The position numbers were made by a program, and so were the translations under genes. 62,616 bases of DNA, taken from Hydrurus foetidus. Lineage: Eukaryota. Where the stretch lies: contig UYFQ01000803.1 in the NCBI GenBank assembly GCA_900617105.1, forward strand, positions 1 to 62,616. The letters run 5' to 3'. The first letter of the stretch is position 1; every line of letters starts with the position of its first letter. The notes beneath the pieces are model-generated. The model did not search any database. It was not told where the DNA came from and saw only the letters and a program-made list of their open reading frames with translations. Shown here piece by piece: positions 27,124 to 37,081 of this stretch.

Positions 27124-29835
27124 ATGAAGAAATATAAAATAGTAGCAATCGTTCAGGTTTATAACGAATTAGAAAAAGGAAACCTGAAGCGATTTTTTAA
27201 ATATATTAGAAATAGCGTCGACGATGTAGTGGTTTACGACGACTGCAGTACTGATGGTAGTTATGAATATGCCATGCAAAACGCCAGTGGTGTAATTCGG
27301 GGTGTGAAAAATGATTTTGCCGAAGAACTGCAGCATAAACAGTTGCTTTTGAGTTCGGCATTAAAATTAAATCCTGACTACATACTTTCGATAGATGCGG
27401 ATGAAGTTTTGTCGAACGGAGAGAGAGAGAGTCTTCAAAAATTATGTGCGCTATCAGAGTTAGAGGGAGTTGATGGCTATGATTTTCATTTAGTAAATTT
27501 ATGGAGATCTTCAAGCTGGAAGAGGATCGATAGCCTATACAACGACGGATGGTTTACCAAGCTATGGAAAGTCTCTGATGGAATATTTTTTGATACTTCA
27601 AAATCAGGATTACATCAAAAACTTTACCCTCCCAGCATTAAAAAAATAAAAAGGCAAGAAACCTTAAAAATCTTGCATTTCGGATTCTCTGATACTATTA
27701 ATCTAGCATATAAATATCTCACGTACAGGGCTCATGGGCAGCGAGGATATGACATGCTGGATCGTTTAATAAACGAAGATAGTTTATTGCTAGAGGAGGT
27801 CCCGGAAAAATTATATCCGGCCAATCTTTTTCAAAAAGATCCGATTCCAAAAAAACGGAGCTTTTTAGAGGCGCTTAGTGATGTTGAAAATCTGAAGTCA
27901 CTGGTGCAACGACCAAAATACACTATTGCTTGCTTGATTTATAAAAGCACTGAATGGCTCGATTTTGTTTACAAACAAATACTTAAATTCACAAATCTTG
28001 AAGAAACAGAGTTTTACTTTGTAACAAATGATGCCGATCCGCATGTAATTGAATACCTTCAAAATAATCACATTCCTCATTTCGTTCATGAGAACAGTCG
28101 TGAACAGCGGAAGGAGTGGTACATAAATAATGTCTATCGCGCATACAACTACGCTGTTAGCGTAGCAAAAGGTGACTTTGTAGTACTTATTAATTCCGAC
28201 ATGTGCTTTACAGACGGATGGTTCGACGCACTACTCGCCGCTTACGATGGGCATAATTTAATATCATCGCGACTTGTGGAGTCTGGGAAGTTAAAGACTG
28301 GATTGCACGGCATAGAAAAGAACTTCGGCTTAGATATTAAAAGTTACAAAGAGGTTGACTTTTTGAATTTTGCAAATTCCATATCAAAAAAGCAAGTTTT
28401 AGACGGAGGGCTATATATGCCACTTTTCTTTAGAAAGGAGCACTTCTTACAAGTCGGTGGATATCCGGAAGGAAATCTAAAGGCAAGTGCAGATATATTC
28501 TCTAATAATGTTGCTTTGCAAAATGAAGAATACATTTCAGGTGACGCCATCTTGATGAGTAGGCTCGAGACAATAGGTATTAAACATAGAACTGCTATGG
28601 ATTCTATTGTCTACCATTTTCAATGCGGCGAAAAGGACTCATCTGACTACGAAGAAATAAAAGAAAACATAAAAAATATTGCAATATGCAATGACATTTG
28701 CGGTGGTGTCATGGGTGAAAAGGTTCTATGGAACAACTTGCTAGATGGAGTCCCCGCCACTTATGCGTTAGATATGAGCATACTTGGTAGAGCCAGTTTT
28801 GAAAGCAGAGCACGCTCCACAATTGACAAAGAATATCCCAGTACAAAACTGGTTATACAGAATGCGACATTTATAGATCGAATTCATCCAGGAATATATA
28901 CGATATGTTTTCTTCAAGACGATCTTCGAAGGATGGGTAAAAGCAGCGTGCAACAAGAGATAAACTTGAAATACGCAGACAAATTGGTTACAAATTCAAT
29001 TCAGACTTCAATGTCATATCCTGAGTATGAATTTGAGATCATACCAGTTGGTGTTGATTCAGATTTGTTTACTCCTGCGAACAAGAGCTTACTCCGGTCG
29101 AAATATGGGCTGATCACAGAGCGGGTGGGAATCTTCGTGGGGAGTCTCAGCGAAGTTAAGGGATGGTCAAAAGTAAAAAAATGTATTGATCATTTTGAAA
29201 ATATCACTTGGATTGTTGTATCAAAGTATGATGAGAAGTACGAAGCGTCCAATGTAAAAATGTACAACCGAATTCAACAGACGTTGCTTGCTGAGCTTTT
29301 GAATTGCTCCGATTTTTTCGTGATTGGTTCTCCGGTTGAAACGCAATGCCTAGCAGCTATTGAGGCAAACTTATGCAATGTACCTGTTGCAATGCCCTTG
29401 GTTGGCATATATAAAGATTTTAATGACCAAGAACGATTGTCAGTTGGTGTATTCAAAGACGATCTCATTGAAGCGGTATCACAAGTACTAGCGAATAAGT
29501 TTAATCCGCGACTAACTATCCTTGAAAAAGGACTGACAGTAAGAAATGGCGTTGAAAAGTGGAAGATAATAATTGAAGACGCTTATTCTGAATCGAGGCA
29601 AAGAGAGATACTGAAAATGCAAAAAAGAATCCCAATCGGGTTTTTTATGAGAATGCATATTTATCTTTCCTATGCAGCTAGAAATTTCCTAATTGATTTC
29701 GTATTTGGTGATAAGTATTGGATTCTTGCAAGTTTGTTTACCAAACGTGGCGCAAAACATTTTTTAAGGGAGGTGCTAATTGCTGTGGGTCTTCTAGATA
29801 TTGCAAAAAAAGTGCTCAAAGTAATTAAATCTTAA
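27124..29835 (+). CDS. Multidomain glycosyltransferase (GT2-GT2-GT4-like)
   Basis: DDCSTDGS/IDADE; second GT-A-like LINSDMCF; C-terminal GT-B FVGSLSEVKG and ETQCLAAIEANLCNVPV. Confidence 0.82.
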   Translation: MKKYKIVAIVQVYNELEKGNLKRFFKYIRNSVDDVVVYDDCSTDGSYEYAMQNASGVIRGVKNDFAEELQHKQLLLSSALKLNPDYILSIDADEVLSNGERESLQKLCALSELEGVDGYDFHLVNLWRSSSWKRIDSLYNDGWFTKLWKVSDGIFFDTSKSGLHQKLYPPSIKKIKRQETLKILHFGFSDTINLAYKYLTYRAHGQRGYDMLDRLINEDSLLLEEVPEKLYPANLFQKDPIPKKRSFLEALSDVENLKSLVQRPKYTIACLIYKSTEWLDFVYKQILKFTNLEETEFYFVTNDADPHVIEYLQNNHIPHFVHENSREQRKEWYINNVYRAYNYAVSVAKGDFVVLINSDMCFTDGWFDALLAAYDGHNLISSRLVESGKLKTGLHGIEKNFGLDIKSYKEVDFLNFANSISKKQVLDGGLYMPLFFRKEHFLQVGGYPEGNLKASADIFSNNVALQNEEYISGDAILMSRLETIGIKHRTAMDSIVYHFQCGEKDSSDYEEIKENIKNIAICNDICGGVMGEKVLWNNLLDGVPATYALDMSILGRASFESRARSTIDKEYPSTKLVIQNATFIDRIHPGIYTICFLQDDLRRMGKSSVQQEINLKYADKLVTNSIQTSMSYPEYEFEIIPVGVDSDLFTPANKSLLRSKYGLITERVGIFVGSLSEVKGWSKVKKCIDHFENITWIVVSKYDEKYEASNVKMYNRIQQTLLAELLNCSDFFVIGSPVETQCLAAIEANLCNVPVAMPLVGIYKDFNDQERLSVGVFKDDLIEAVSQVLANKFNPRLTILEKGLTVRNGVEKWKIIIEDAYSESRQREILKMQKRIPIGFFMRMHIYLSYAARNFLIDFVFGDKYWILASLFTKRGAKHFLREVLIAVGLLDIAKKVLKVIKS

Positions 29836-29850
29836 ATATATAAATTTCAC

Positions 29851-30693
29851 ATGATAAAAATCTTAAAAAGTGTAAAAAGATTTGCAGCAAATCTCCTGGC
29901 AAAGATTTTAAATATTTTTTATAACAGAACGCCTTTTATTGTTACGGGCGCTTATGGAATTAAATACAGTTGTTACAGGCGTTCGGCATTAGATGCACAT
30001 ATTATTAAAGACGGTATTTTGCCAGAGTATCTTTTAAATGCATCAGATTTAAAATTGCCCAAAGAAAGCGTGATATTTGACATTGGGGCGAATGTTGGTT
30101 ACGTGTCTTTTGTATTGGCAAAAAAATATGCGGAATTTGGTGCAGTGCATGCCTTTGAACCTGATTCATCAAATATAAAACAATTTGAACGTAATTTAGA
30201 GCTAAACGCCTCAAAAAATCTGCATCTTCATAAGTGTGCATTGCAAGACAATGAGGGTATTAACGAACTGAGATTTAATATTAGAAGATTAATTGATGCA
30301 GATAAAAATGAAAATAGAGGTATTTCTACTATTGCTAACGTTGAGCTTGGCAAAGTAGATGTGAAAATTGTACCTGCATCAACCATCGACAAGCAAGTGG
30401 CTGAACTGAATTTAAATCGTCTTGATCTCATAAAGATTGATGTTGAAGGCGCAGAGTATTTGGTAATTAAAGGTGGAATTAAAGCTATAAATAGATTTAG
30501 ACCAATTATTCAATATGAGTATTCCAGGGTTCTTGATGGGCTTAGTAATTCCAGAAATGCTGTAGAGGCATATAAATTAATAAAGTCACTCGGGTACGAG
30601 CAATTCATCATAAAAAATGAGTCGGAATTGATAATGATTCGGGAATTTGATATGCAAATGGGTGATACGAATATATTATGTTTTCCGAAATAG
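29851..30693 (+). CDS. FkbM family methyltransferase
   Basis: IFDIGANVG, VHAFEP, DLIKIDVEGAE, RPIIQYE. Confidence 0.92.
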   Translation: MIKILKSVKRFAANLLAKILNIFYNRTPFIVTGAYGIKYSCYRRSALDAHIIKDGILPEYLLNASDLKLPKESVIFDIGANVGYVSFVLAKKYAEFGAVHAFEPDSSNIKQFERNLELNASKNLHLHKCALQDNEGINELRFNIRRLIDADKNENRGISTIANVELGKVDVKIVPASTIDKQVAELNLNRLDLIKIDVEGAEYLVIKGGIKAINRFRPIIQYEYSRVLDGLSNSRNAVEAYKLIKSLGYEQFIIKNESELIMIREFDMQMGDTNILCFPK

Positions 30694-30745
30694 AGAGCGG
30701 TCCTTTTTCAGTGTGTGTTGTTATGGGATGCGGAGGTTAAAATAT

Positions 30746-31243
30746 ATGCATGCAATCATGAGGCTGAAAACTGGGGCTGTTCTAATTGTTTTTGTTTTTC
30801 CCGCATTGGTTTTATTTCTTGTTTATGTATATTTGCACGCAAGTTCAATACAATGTAAGACGGTTGCTATATATTCTGTAGACAAAATTACAAGATCTGA
30901 GTTAGATGGGTTGAAATTTAATATCAGCAGGTTAATAGTTGGCGATGGCAATATCCGTGATGCCGTACAAAAAAATAGTTTGCTTTTAAATGCTGATGAC
31001 AAAACTATGTCGATAGTTTCTCAGGTTCGCATTGCCAATTCAAATGGCGCGCTCGACCGGAAATTTGTTGAGATGCGATTGGGGGAAAATCTAAATGAAA
31101 TCTCTAATGTGTATGGATTCGCCATCCTAAATAAATCTATTGAATGCGTAGCCCCACCTGTTTGGTATCAGTTTATTTTGCCGATAGTTCTGCTTTTGCT
31201 GATTGCAATATTGCTTATTAAAAATCGAGTTGGCAGCGTGTGA
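30746..31243 (+). CDS. Hypothetical membrane protein with two terminal TM helices
   Basis: GGAGG RBS at 30732; hydrophobic N- and C-terminal segments flanking a ~105-aa loop. Confidence 0.6.
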   Translation: MHAIMRLKTGAVLIVFVFPALVLFLVYVYLHASSIQCKTVAIYSVDKITRSELDGLKFNISRLIVGDGNIRDAVQKNSLLLNADDKTMSIVSQVRIANSNGALDRKFVEMRLGENLNEISNVYGFAILNKSIECVAPPVWYQFILPIVLLLLIAILLIKNRVGSV

Positions 31244-31250
31244 TACTTAA

Positions 31251-31304
31251 GGATGGTCTGAATAACTCGCTGCCAATTGAGGTAGCGAGTTATGCAGACC
31301 ATCC
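31251..31304 (-). mobile_element. 54-bp miniature IS5 derivative
   Basis: GGATGGTCTGAATAACTCGCTGCC-AATTGA-GGTAGCGAGTTATGCAGACCATCC, two IS5-type ends, flanked by TTAA and CTAA. Confidence 0.8.
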
Positions 31305-31308
31305 CTAA

Positions 31309-32490
31309 GGAAACTCTGCATAACTCCCCCTGATCTATGCTGAAGAACCCAGTCAACGCTATAAAATACATAGCATGAAACAAACAAGCTTGATCATCAA
31401 TCTCAGCGTCAAGAAAACGCGCAAGCAAGTATTCCTTGAGCAAATGGAGCAAGTCGTTCCCTGGGATGCTTTGGTGGAGTTGATTGCGCCCTACTACCCA
31501 GAAGGCAGGACCGGGCGACCACCGTTTTCCCTGCAAACCATGTTGCGCGTTCATTTCATGCAGCAATGGTTCACGCTGTCAGACCCAGGCATGGAAGAAG
31601 CCTTCTTTGATACGCCGCTGTACCGGGAGTTTGCCCAGCTGGAGGAGTTTGGCCGCCTGCCCGACGAGAGCACCATCCTGCGCTTTCGTCACCGGCTGGA
31701 GAAACACAAGCTGGCCGAGAAAATCCTCAGCGTGGTCAATGACATCTTGATTCAGCGCGGACTGATGCTCAAGACTGGAACAGTGGTGGACGCCACCTTG
31801 ATTGCAGCCCCCTCATCGACCAAGAACAAGGACCACAAGCGCGACCCCGACATGCATTCGAGCAAGAAGGGTGAGCAGATGTACTTCGGCATGAAGGCCC
31901 ACATTGGCGCAGACGCTGAGTCGGGCTTGGTGCACACGGTTCGTGGCACCTCGGGCAACGTGAGTGATGTAACCGAGGGCAACAGTTTGCTGCATGGTGA
32001 AGAGAAGATTGCATTCGGCGATGCTGGATACCAGGGGATCGAAAAGCGCCCCGATGCCAATACAGAAGTTACATGGTACATCGCCATGCGACCGGGCAAG
32101 CGCCGGGCCTTGAACAAGGAAAACGCAGCAGATGCCTTGCTCGACAAAGCGGAAAAGATCAAGGCCGGTATCCGGGCCAAAGTGGAGCATCCGTTTCGGG
32201 TGATCAAGCGCCAGTTCGGATATGTGAAGGTGCGTTACCGGGGATTGAGGAAGAACACCGCCCAACTCGTCACCTTGTTTGCACTCTCGAATTTGTGGAT
32301 GGTGCGCGGCAAGCTGATGGGAGCGCGGGGATGAGTGCGCTTGAGATCCAGGGGAATGCCCCGCAAGGGACCCAAAGCAAGCCAATGGGTGCGAAAAATG
32401 GTGCCGCCTTGAAAGATTGCGCGTGAAATCCCGTCATTTGAAAATTACAGACTCGCTACCTAACTTGGCAGCGAGTTATTCAGACCATCT
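31309..32490 (+). mobile_element. IS5 family insertion sequence
   Basis: IRL GGAAACTCTGCATAACTC and IRR GAGTTATTCAGACCATCT around an intact transposase; CTAA on the left only. Confidence 0.92.
31375..32334 (+). CDS. IS5 family transposase
   Basis: KKTRKQVFL..VVPW, PDESTILRFRH, VDATLI, FGMKAHIG, GDAGYQG, RAKVEHPFRVIKRQFG. Confidence 0.96.
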   Translation: MKQTSLIINLSVKKTRKQVFLEQMEQVVPWDALVELIAPYYPEGRTGRPPFSLQTMLRVHFMQQWFTLSDPGMEEAFFDTPLYREFAQLEEFGRLPDESTILRFRHRLEKHKLAEKILSVVNDILIQRGLMLKTGTVVDATLIAAPSSTKNKDHKRDPDMHSSKKGEQMYFGMKAHIGADAESGLVHTVRGTSGNVSDVTEGNSLLHGEEKIAFGDAGYQGIEKRPDANTEVTWYIAMRPGKRRALNKENAADALLDKAEKIKAGIRAKVEHPFRVIKRQFGYVKVRYRGLRKNTAQLVTLFALSNLWMVRGKLMGARG

Positions 32491-33678
32491 ATGATCAGAT
32501 CAAAGTGTATTTTGTTGCTGCTTTTGACTTGGGGTTTTTATATTTTGTGCGCCTTGTTTTCGCAAGGTGATATGCTTTATGCTGATATTAAAACAGAGTT
32601 ACTGCTTATTTGTTTTCTATTCTCGTTGGTGCTTGGGTCCATATTGAATGAAGCTATTTCTTCCAAAAATAAGAAGGTAAACTTTTACAGAATCTCTCCT
32701 TCGGGTGCTCGCGTTTTAAAGTGTTGTATATACGCGAATGCTCTGTTGAGTATCGTCGTGCTTGCTCGATACTTGGTTTATCGCCACATCTTTGATGATG
32801 TGCTAACTAGAGCGGAGTTGTATTCTCCAATTGGTGCTGATGGGAAGTATTTGTCAGCCATATATGTTCTATGTTTATACTTAAAAGGCATTACTTCAGT
32901 AGTTTTGTCATTTGCCTTTTTGAAATCCCTTTTGGAAAAGGATAGAAAACTCATCATTGTATCGTCAGCAGTCATATTGTTTGATGCCATTGTATTTACT
33001 GCAAAGGGTCCAATAATTAATATTGGGTTTGTGTGTTTGTTGTATGTATTGTTGAATTCAAAGCAAGAGCCTGCTCTCCTTAAAAAATTTGTATTAGGCT
33101 GCTCAATCATTGTTCTGGCGATTTGGTTTATTGAGTTAAGTCGCGGGAATAATATTATCGACTCTTTTGTTCGATATTTCTCTATCGGTCCGGCGCTACT
33201 TGCATCTATAGTTGGCGGGGGGATCGAGGCTGGATATCGTGCCTGGATTCCATCTAATATTTTTTTGGTTTTTTCGGGTTTGGATTATTTGATTGTTATT
33301 TTTGCTAGAGGTGTTACTGGTCTACCTATTCAATCTGGCGGATATGATTGGATAAAGTATATTGACATGCAGGTTGCTATATCGGAATCTGCATACAAAT
33401 TTTTCCCTTCAAATACTTTTTATACACTTCTGAGTGAGCCTTATCTTTCTTTTGGATGGGTCGGCATTGTGGGGCTTGGGTTAATTCTGGGTTGGTTGGT
33501 GACCGCTCTTGAAAGAAGTTATCTTTTGAATAAGTGTGAGCGCAATCTCTTTTGGCTGCAATATATAGTTGGCATTGCCTTTTTTGGGATATTTGTTTCC
33601 GCGCTGTCTACCGTAATATTTTGGTTGATATTGGGTTTAATGTTATTTTTTTCATCTTATGTTTTTCAGAAAAAATAA
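32491..33678 (+). CDS. wzy: Probable O-antigen polymerase (Wzy-like)
   Basis: Very AT/T-rich, about 10-11 predicted TM segments, NTFYTLLSEPYLSFGWVG loop motif, glycan cluster context. Confidence 0.7.
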   Translation: MIRSKCILLLLLTWGFYILCALFSQGDMLYADIKTELLLICFLFSLVLGSILNEAISSKNKKVNFYRISPSGARVLKCCIYANALLSIVVLARYLVYRHIFDDVLTRAELYSPIGADGKYLSAIYVLCLYLKGITSVVLSFAFLKSLLEKDRKLIIVSSAVILFDAIVFTAKGPIINIGFVCLLYVLLNSKQEPALLKKFVLGCSIIVLAIWFIELSRGNNIIDSFVRYFSIGPALLASIVGGGIEAGYRAWIPSNIFLVFSGLDYLIVIFARGVTGLPIQSGGYDWIKYIDMQVAISESAYKFFPSNTFYTLLSEPYLSFGWVGIVGLGLILGWLVTALERSYLLNKCERNLFWLQYIVGIAFFGIFVSALSTVIFWLILGLMLFFSSYVFQKK

Positions 33679-33866
33679 ATCTTAGGATCTGTGCTGGAAA
33701 TATTAAATTCCTTGCCAATATTTTTTTGCTGACGTCTCTTGACGGTTTGTGTTTTTAATTTGGCGCGTGCTGTTGTTTGGTTTGTTTGCAATTTTTTAAT
33801 ATTTAATTCGTTTGTCTGAGCTGGAATCCTGTTGCATTTTTTTACTAATCATATTCTATTGTGTTT

Positions 33867-34805
33867 ATGACTGCCGCCACCCCATTGGTTTCAATAGTAA
33901 TACCTGTTTTTAATCAAGCTGATTATCTGGCTCGGGCAATTGATAGCGTATTGGCGCAAGAATGCTCCTTTTGCATTGAATTGATCGTTATTGATGATGG
34001 GTCAACCGACCATGTGCGCGACGTGTTGTCTGCATATGCGAATAGTTTCTATTGGGAATCCCGTCCCAATTGTGGCCAATCAGCGACGCTCAACTATGGA
34101 TGGGAAAAGTCGAGCGCAGCTTTACTCGGCTATCTGAGCGCGGATGATATGTTGAAGCCCTGCGCAATTCAGAAGTCAGTCAATGCATTACGTGAAAATC
34201 CGGAGGCAGTGGTTGCATACTGTGACTTTGAAACTATCGATGAAAGCGATAACTGCATCCGTTTCGTGCGTACTGCTAACTTTTGCCAGGCAACGATGTT
34301 GACTCGTTTTGAGTGTCCTCCTGGACCGGGGGCTTTGTTTCGTCGAAACGCTTTTATCTCGGCTGGTGGTTGGAACAAAGATATTTGTCGAATGCCAGAC
34401 TATGATTTTTGGCTCAGAATGTCGCTTCAAGGAGTATTTGTGAGAATTCCAGAGTCATTGGCGATGTGGAGGGTGCATGAAGGCTCGCAGGCATTTTCTA
34501 AAATTCCTTTGGAGCGTGCAGAGGAGCCGATTCGAATTGTTGATGGGTTTTTCTCACAAGTGGATCTTCCAAGCGAGTTGTTAATGCTTAAGTCTGATTC
34601 TCTCTCGGCTGCTTATCTCGCTTCTGCGCAATTACACGCACGGTCTAATCGTTACTGGATTGCGCTTAATAGGTTCTTTTCAAGCATCCGAAAAAGTCCG
34701 CGTATGGTTGTTGCACCTCGTACGTGGCACATCGTTGCTAATTCCCTTTTTCAGCAGCCAGCCCACAGGCTGCTTAGCAGGTTGAGAAGTTTGTTCGCTG
34801 TTTGA
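33867..34805 (+). CDS. Glycosyltransferase family 2
   Basis: VSIVIPVFN, IDDGSTD, LSADD, DYDFWLR. Confidence 0.92.
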   Translation: MTAATPLVSIVIPVFNQADYLARAIDSVLAQECSFCIELIVIDDGSTDHVRDVLSAYANSFYWESRPNCGQSATLNYGWEKSSAALLGYLSADDMLKPCAIQKSVNALRENPEAVVAYCDFETIDESDNCIRFVRTANFCQATMLTRFECPPGPGALFRRNAFISAGGWNKDICRMPDYDFWLRMSLQGVFVRIPESLAMWRVHEGSQAFSKIPLERAEEPIRIVDGFFSQVDLPSELLMLKSDSLSAAYLASAQLHARSNRYWIALNRFFSSIRKSPRMVVAPRTWHIVANSLFQQPAHRLLSRLRSLFAV

Positions 34806-34806
34806 C

Positions 34807-35823
34807 ATGAAGTTATTCATTCACGCGCCAAACGTGCACCAAGGTGGTGGCGCAGTTCTTTTGAGGAATCTGTTGGAATGGTCTTCGACTTTTCCTTTGG
34901 TCGCCCAGCTTGATGAGCGGCTACGTACTTCGTTTCAGTCCAGAAGCAGTGAAATTTCACGTGTCCGCCCCACGACTTGGTCAAGGCTTAAAGCGGAGTG
35001 GCATTTAAGGAAACTTAATCCTAGAGATAAGTTGATATGTTTTGGTAACCTTCCGCCATTGTTCGGTTCTCCCGCAGTAGTTTTCGTCTTCATTCAAAAC
35101 CGACTATTAATAGAAAACTCTTCGCTAGATGAATATCCTTGGCGTACCAGATTGCGTTTGATTATCGAGCGCTGGTGGGTTCGCCTTCGAGCAACGAATC
35201 GCATTCAGTTTATTGTACAAACTCCGTCCATGGAACAATTAGTTTTGGAAACGCTTGGAGCCAAAGCTTGGATTCTGCCTTTTGGACCAACGATGCCACA
35301 ATTGGATGTGACGAGAAATGAAAAGACCGTTGACTTTGTCTACGTAGCGTCAGGTGAACCCCATAAAAACCACAGGAGGTTAGTTGAAGCATGGTGCATC
35401 CTCCGGCAAAATGGCTTGCGACCATCCCTTGTGTTGACCATCTCAATTGAGAATGAACCACAGTTGGCTGAGTGGATCAGAGCCCAATCAGAGCAGCGTG
35501 ATCTTCATATTGAACTATGGGGGATGCAAGATCGAAGACAAATTCAAGATCTGTATTTGCATTCTCGATGTCAAATTTATCCGTCATTACTTGAATCATA
35601 TGGTCTTCCGCTTGTCGAAGCTGTTTCCTGCGGTATTCCAGTTATCGCCTCAGAACGTGACTTCGTTAGAGATGTATGTACACCCATTCAGACCTTTGAT
35701 CCTGAATCTGCCTTGTCTATCAGCAGGGCTGTCATGAGATTTCTTGGCACGCCGGATCGGACTCATCGACAGTTAACCGCAACGGAATTTCTTTCAAAGC
35801 TGTGTGCGGAAAGCCCAATGTGA
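34807..35823 (+). CDS. Glycosyltransferase family 4
   Basis: YVASGEPHKNH, YPSLLESYGLPLVEA. Confidence 0.9.
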   Translation: MKLFIHAPNVHQGGGAVLLRNLLEWSSTFPLVAQLDERLRTSFQSRSSEISRVRPTTWSRLKAEWHLRKLNPRDKLICFGNLPPLFGSPAVVFVFIQNRLLIENSSLDEYPWRTRLRLIIERWWVRLRATNRIQFIVQTPSMEQLVLETLGAKAWILPFGPTMPQLDVTRNEKTVDFVYVASGEPHKNHRRLVEAWCILRQNGLRPSLVLTISIENEPQLAEWIRAQSEQRDLHIELWGMQDRRQIQDLYLHSRCQIYPSLLESYGLPLVEAVSCGIPVIASERDFVRDVCTPIQTFDPESALSISRAVMRFLGTPDRTHRQLTATEFLSKLCAESPM

Positions 35824-37070
35824 AATTGTTGGTTGTCTCACAATACTTTTGGCCTGAAACTTTCGGGATCAATCGTCAGGTACGTGATCTGGTTGCGCAG
35901 GGCGTAGATGTTACGGTTCTTACTGGCAAACCCAACTATCCGAGCGGCACGGTTTACCCAAACTACACAGCTTGGGGAACTAAATTCGAGTGTTTTGATG
36001 GAATTAAAATTTATCGCGTGCCGTTAGCTCCACGAGGTAATTCCTCTGGCGTACGCCTTTTCTTTAACTATCTGTCTTTTGTATTTTTTGGTCTATTTTG
36101 CGGCCCATGGTTGTTCAGGAAGCAGCAATTTGACGCAATCCTTGTTTATGCGCCGTCGCCAATTTTGCAGGTTATTCCTGCAATGTTTCTCTCGAAGTTA
36201 AAACGCGCTCCACTTGCAGTATGGGTTCAAGACCTCTGGCCTCAAAGTCTGAGCGCAACTGGACACGTCCACAATCTATCTGCGCTCTGGGTAGTCAACC
36301 GAGTCGTCCGATGGATTTACCGTTCAACGGATCTTTTGTTAGTGCAATCAGAGGCCTTTGTAGAGAGTGTGACCAAGCAGGCACCCTCGGGCAGTACGAT
36401 TCGCTTCTTGCCCAATTCGGCAGAGCGGGCGACAGAGAGTCCTGCAGGCAAAGCGAGTCCTCAGGTAGCAAAATGGATTGCAATGATGCGGACGCGATTT
36501 GCAGTCGTATTTACTGGGAATGTCGGGTCCGCGCAATCCATGAATACCATTGTCGATGCCGCAGTTCTTTGCACATCGAATACGGATATCTGTTTTTTTG
36601 TGGTCGGCGCTGGCTCTGAGAGCGATTGGCTGCGCCATGAAATTGAAACACGTGGCCTCAACAACCTTGTTGCGACTGGCTGGTTGCCGTCTGAAGACAT
36701 GCCCGCCGTGTGGGCTGCTTCAAGCATACTGCTAGTTTCACTGCGCGATAAGCCGATTTTTCACCAAACAATACCTAACAAATTGCAATGCTACTTGGCC
36801 GCTGGCAAGCCAATTATCGCCTGCTTGGGTGGGGAGGGGGCAAGAGTTGTAGTGGAGTCAGGCGCTGGGCTAGTCTGTCACCCTGAAGATGCAGAGGCTT
36901 TGGCAGCAAGCGTAAAGAAGCTAGCAGCTATGCCAGAAGCAAAGCGGATACACTTAGGAAGTAATGGTCAAAAATACTTCAGGGAACACTTTGATCCAAA
37001 AATTCTGACCACATATTTGATTGAAATGCTTTCGGAAATGGTCGAAGACAGTCATGAAATCAAAACCTAA
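35820..37070 (+). CDS. Glycosyltransferase family 4, WbuB-like
   Basis: VSQYFWPE, VLTGKPNYP, WVQDLWP, FTGNVGSAQ, IPNKLQCYLAAGKP. Confidence 0.9.
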   Translation: MKLLVVSQYFWPETFGINRQVRDLVAQGVDVTVLTGKPNYPSGTVYPNYTAWGTKFECFDGIKIYRVPLAPRGNSSGVRLFFNYLSFVFFGLFCGPWLFRKQQFDAILVYAPSPILQVIPAMFLSKLKRAPLAVWVQDLWPQSLSATGHVHNLSALWVVNRVVRWIYRSTDLLLVQSEAFVESVTKQAPSGSTIRFLPNSAERATESPAGKASPQVAKWIAMMRTRFAVVFTGNVGSAQSMNTIVDAAVLCTSNTDICFFVVGAGSESDWLRHEIETRGLNNLVATGWLPSEDMPAVWAASSILLVSLRDKPIFHQTIPNKLQCYLAAGKPIIACLGGEGARVVVESGAGLVCHPEDAEALAASVKKLAAMPEAKRIHLGSNGQKYFREHFDPKILTTYLIEMLSEMVEDSHEIKT

Positions 37071-37081
37071 TTTTTAGAAAT

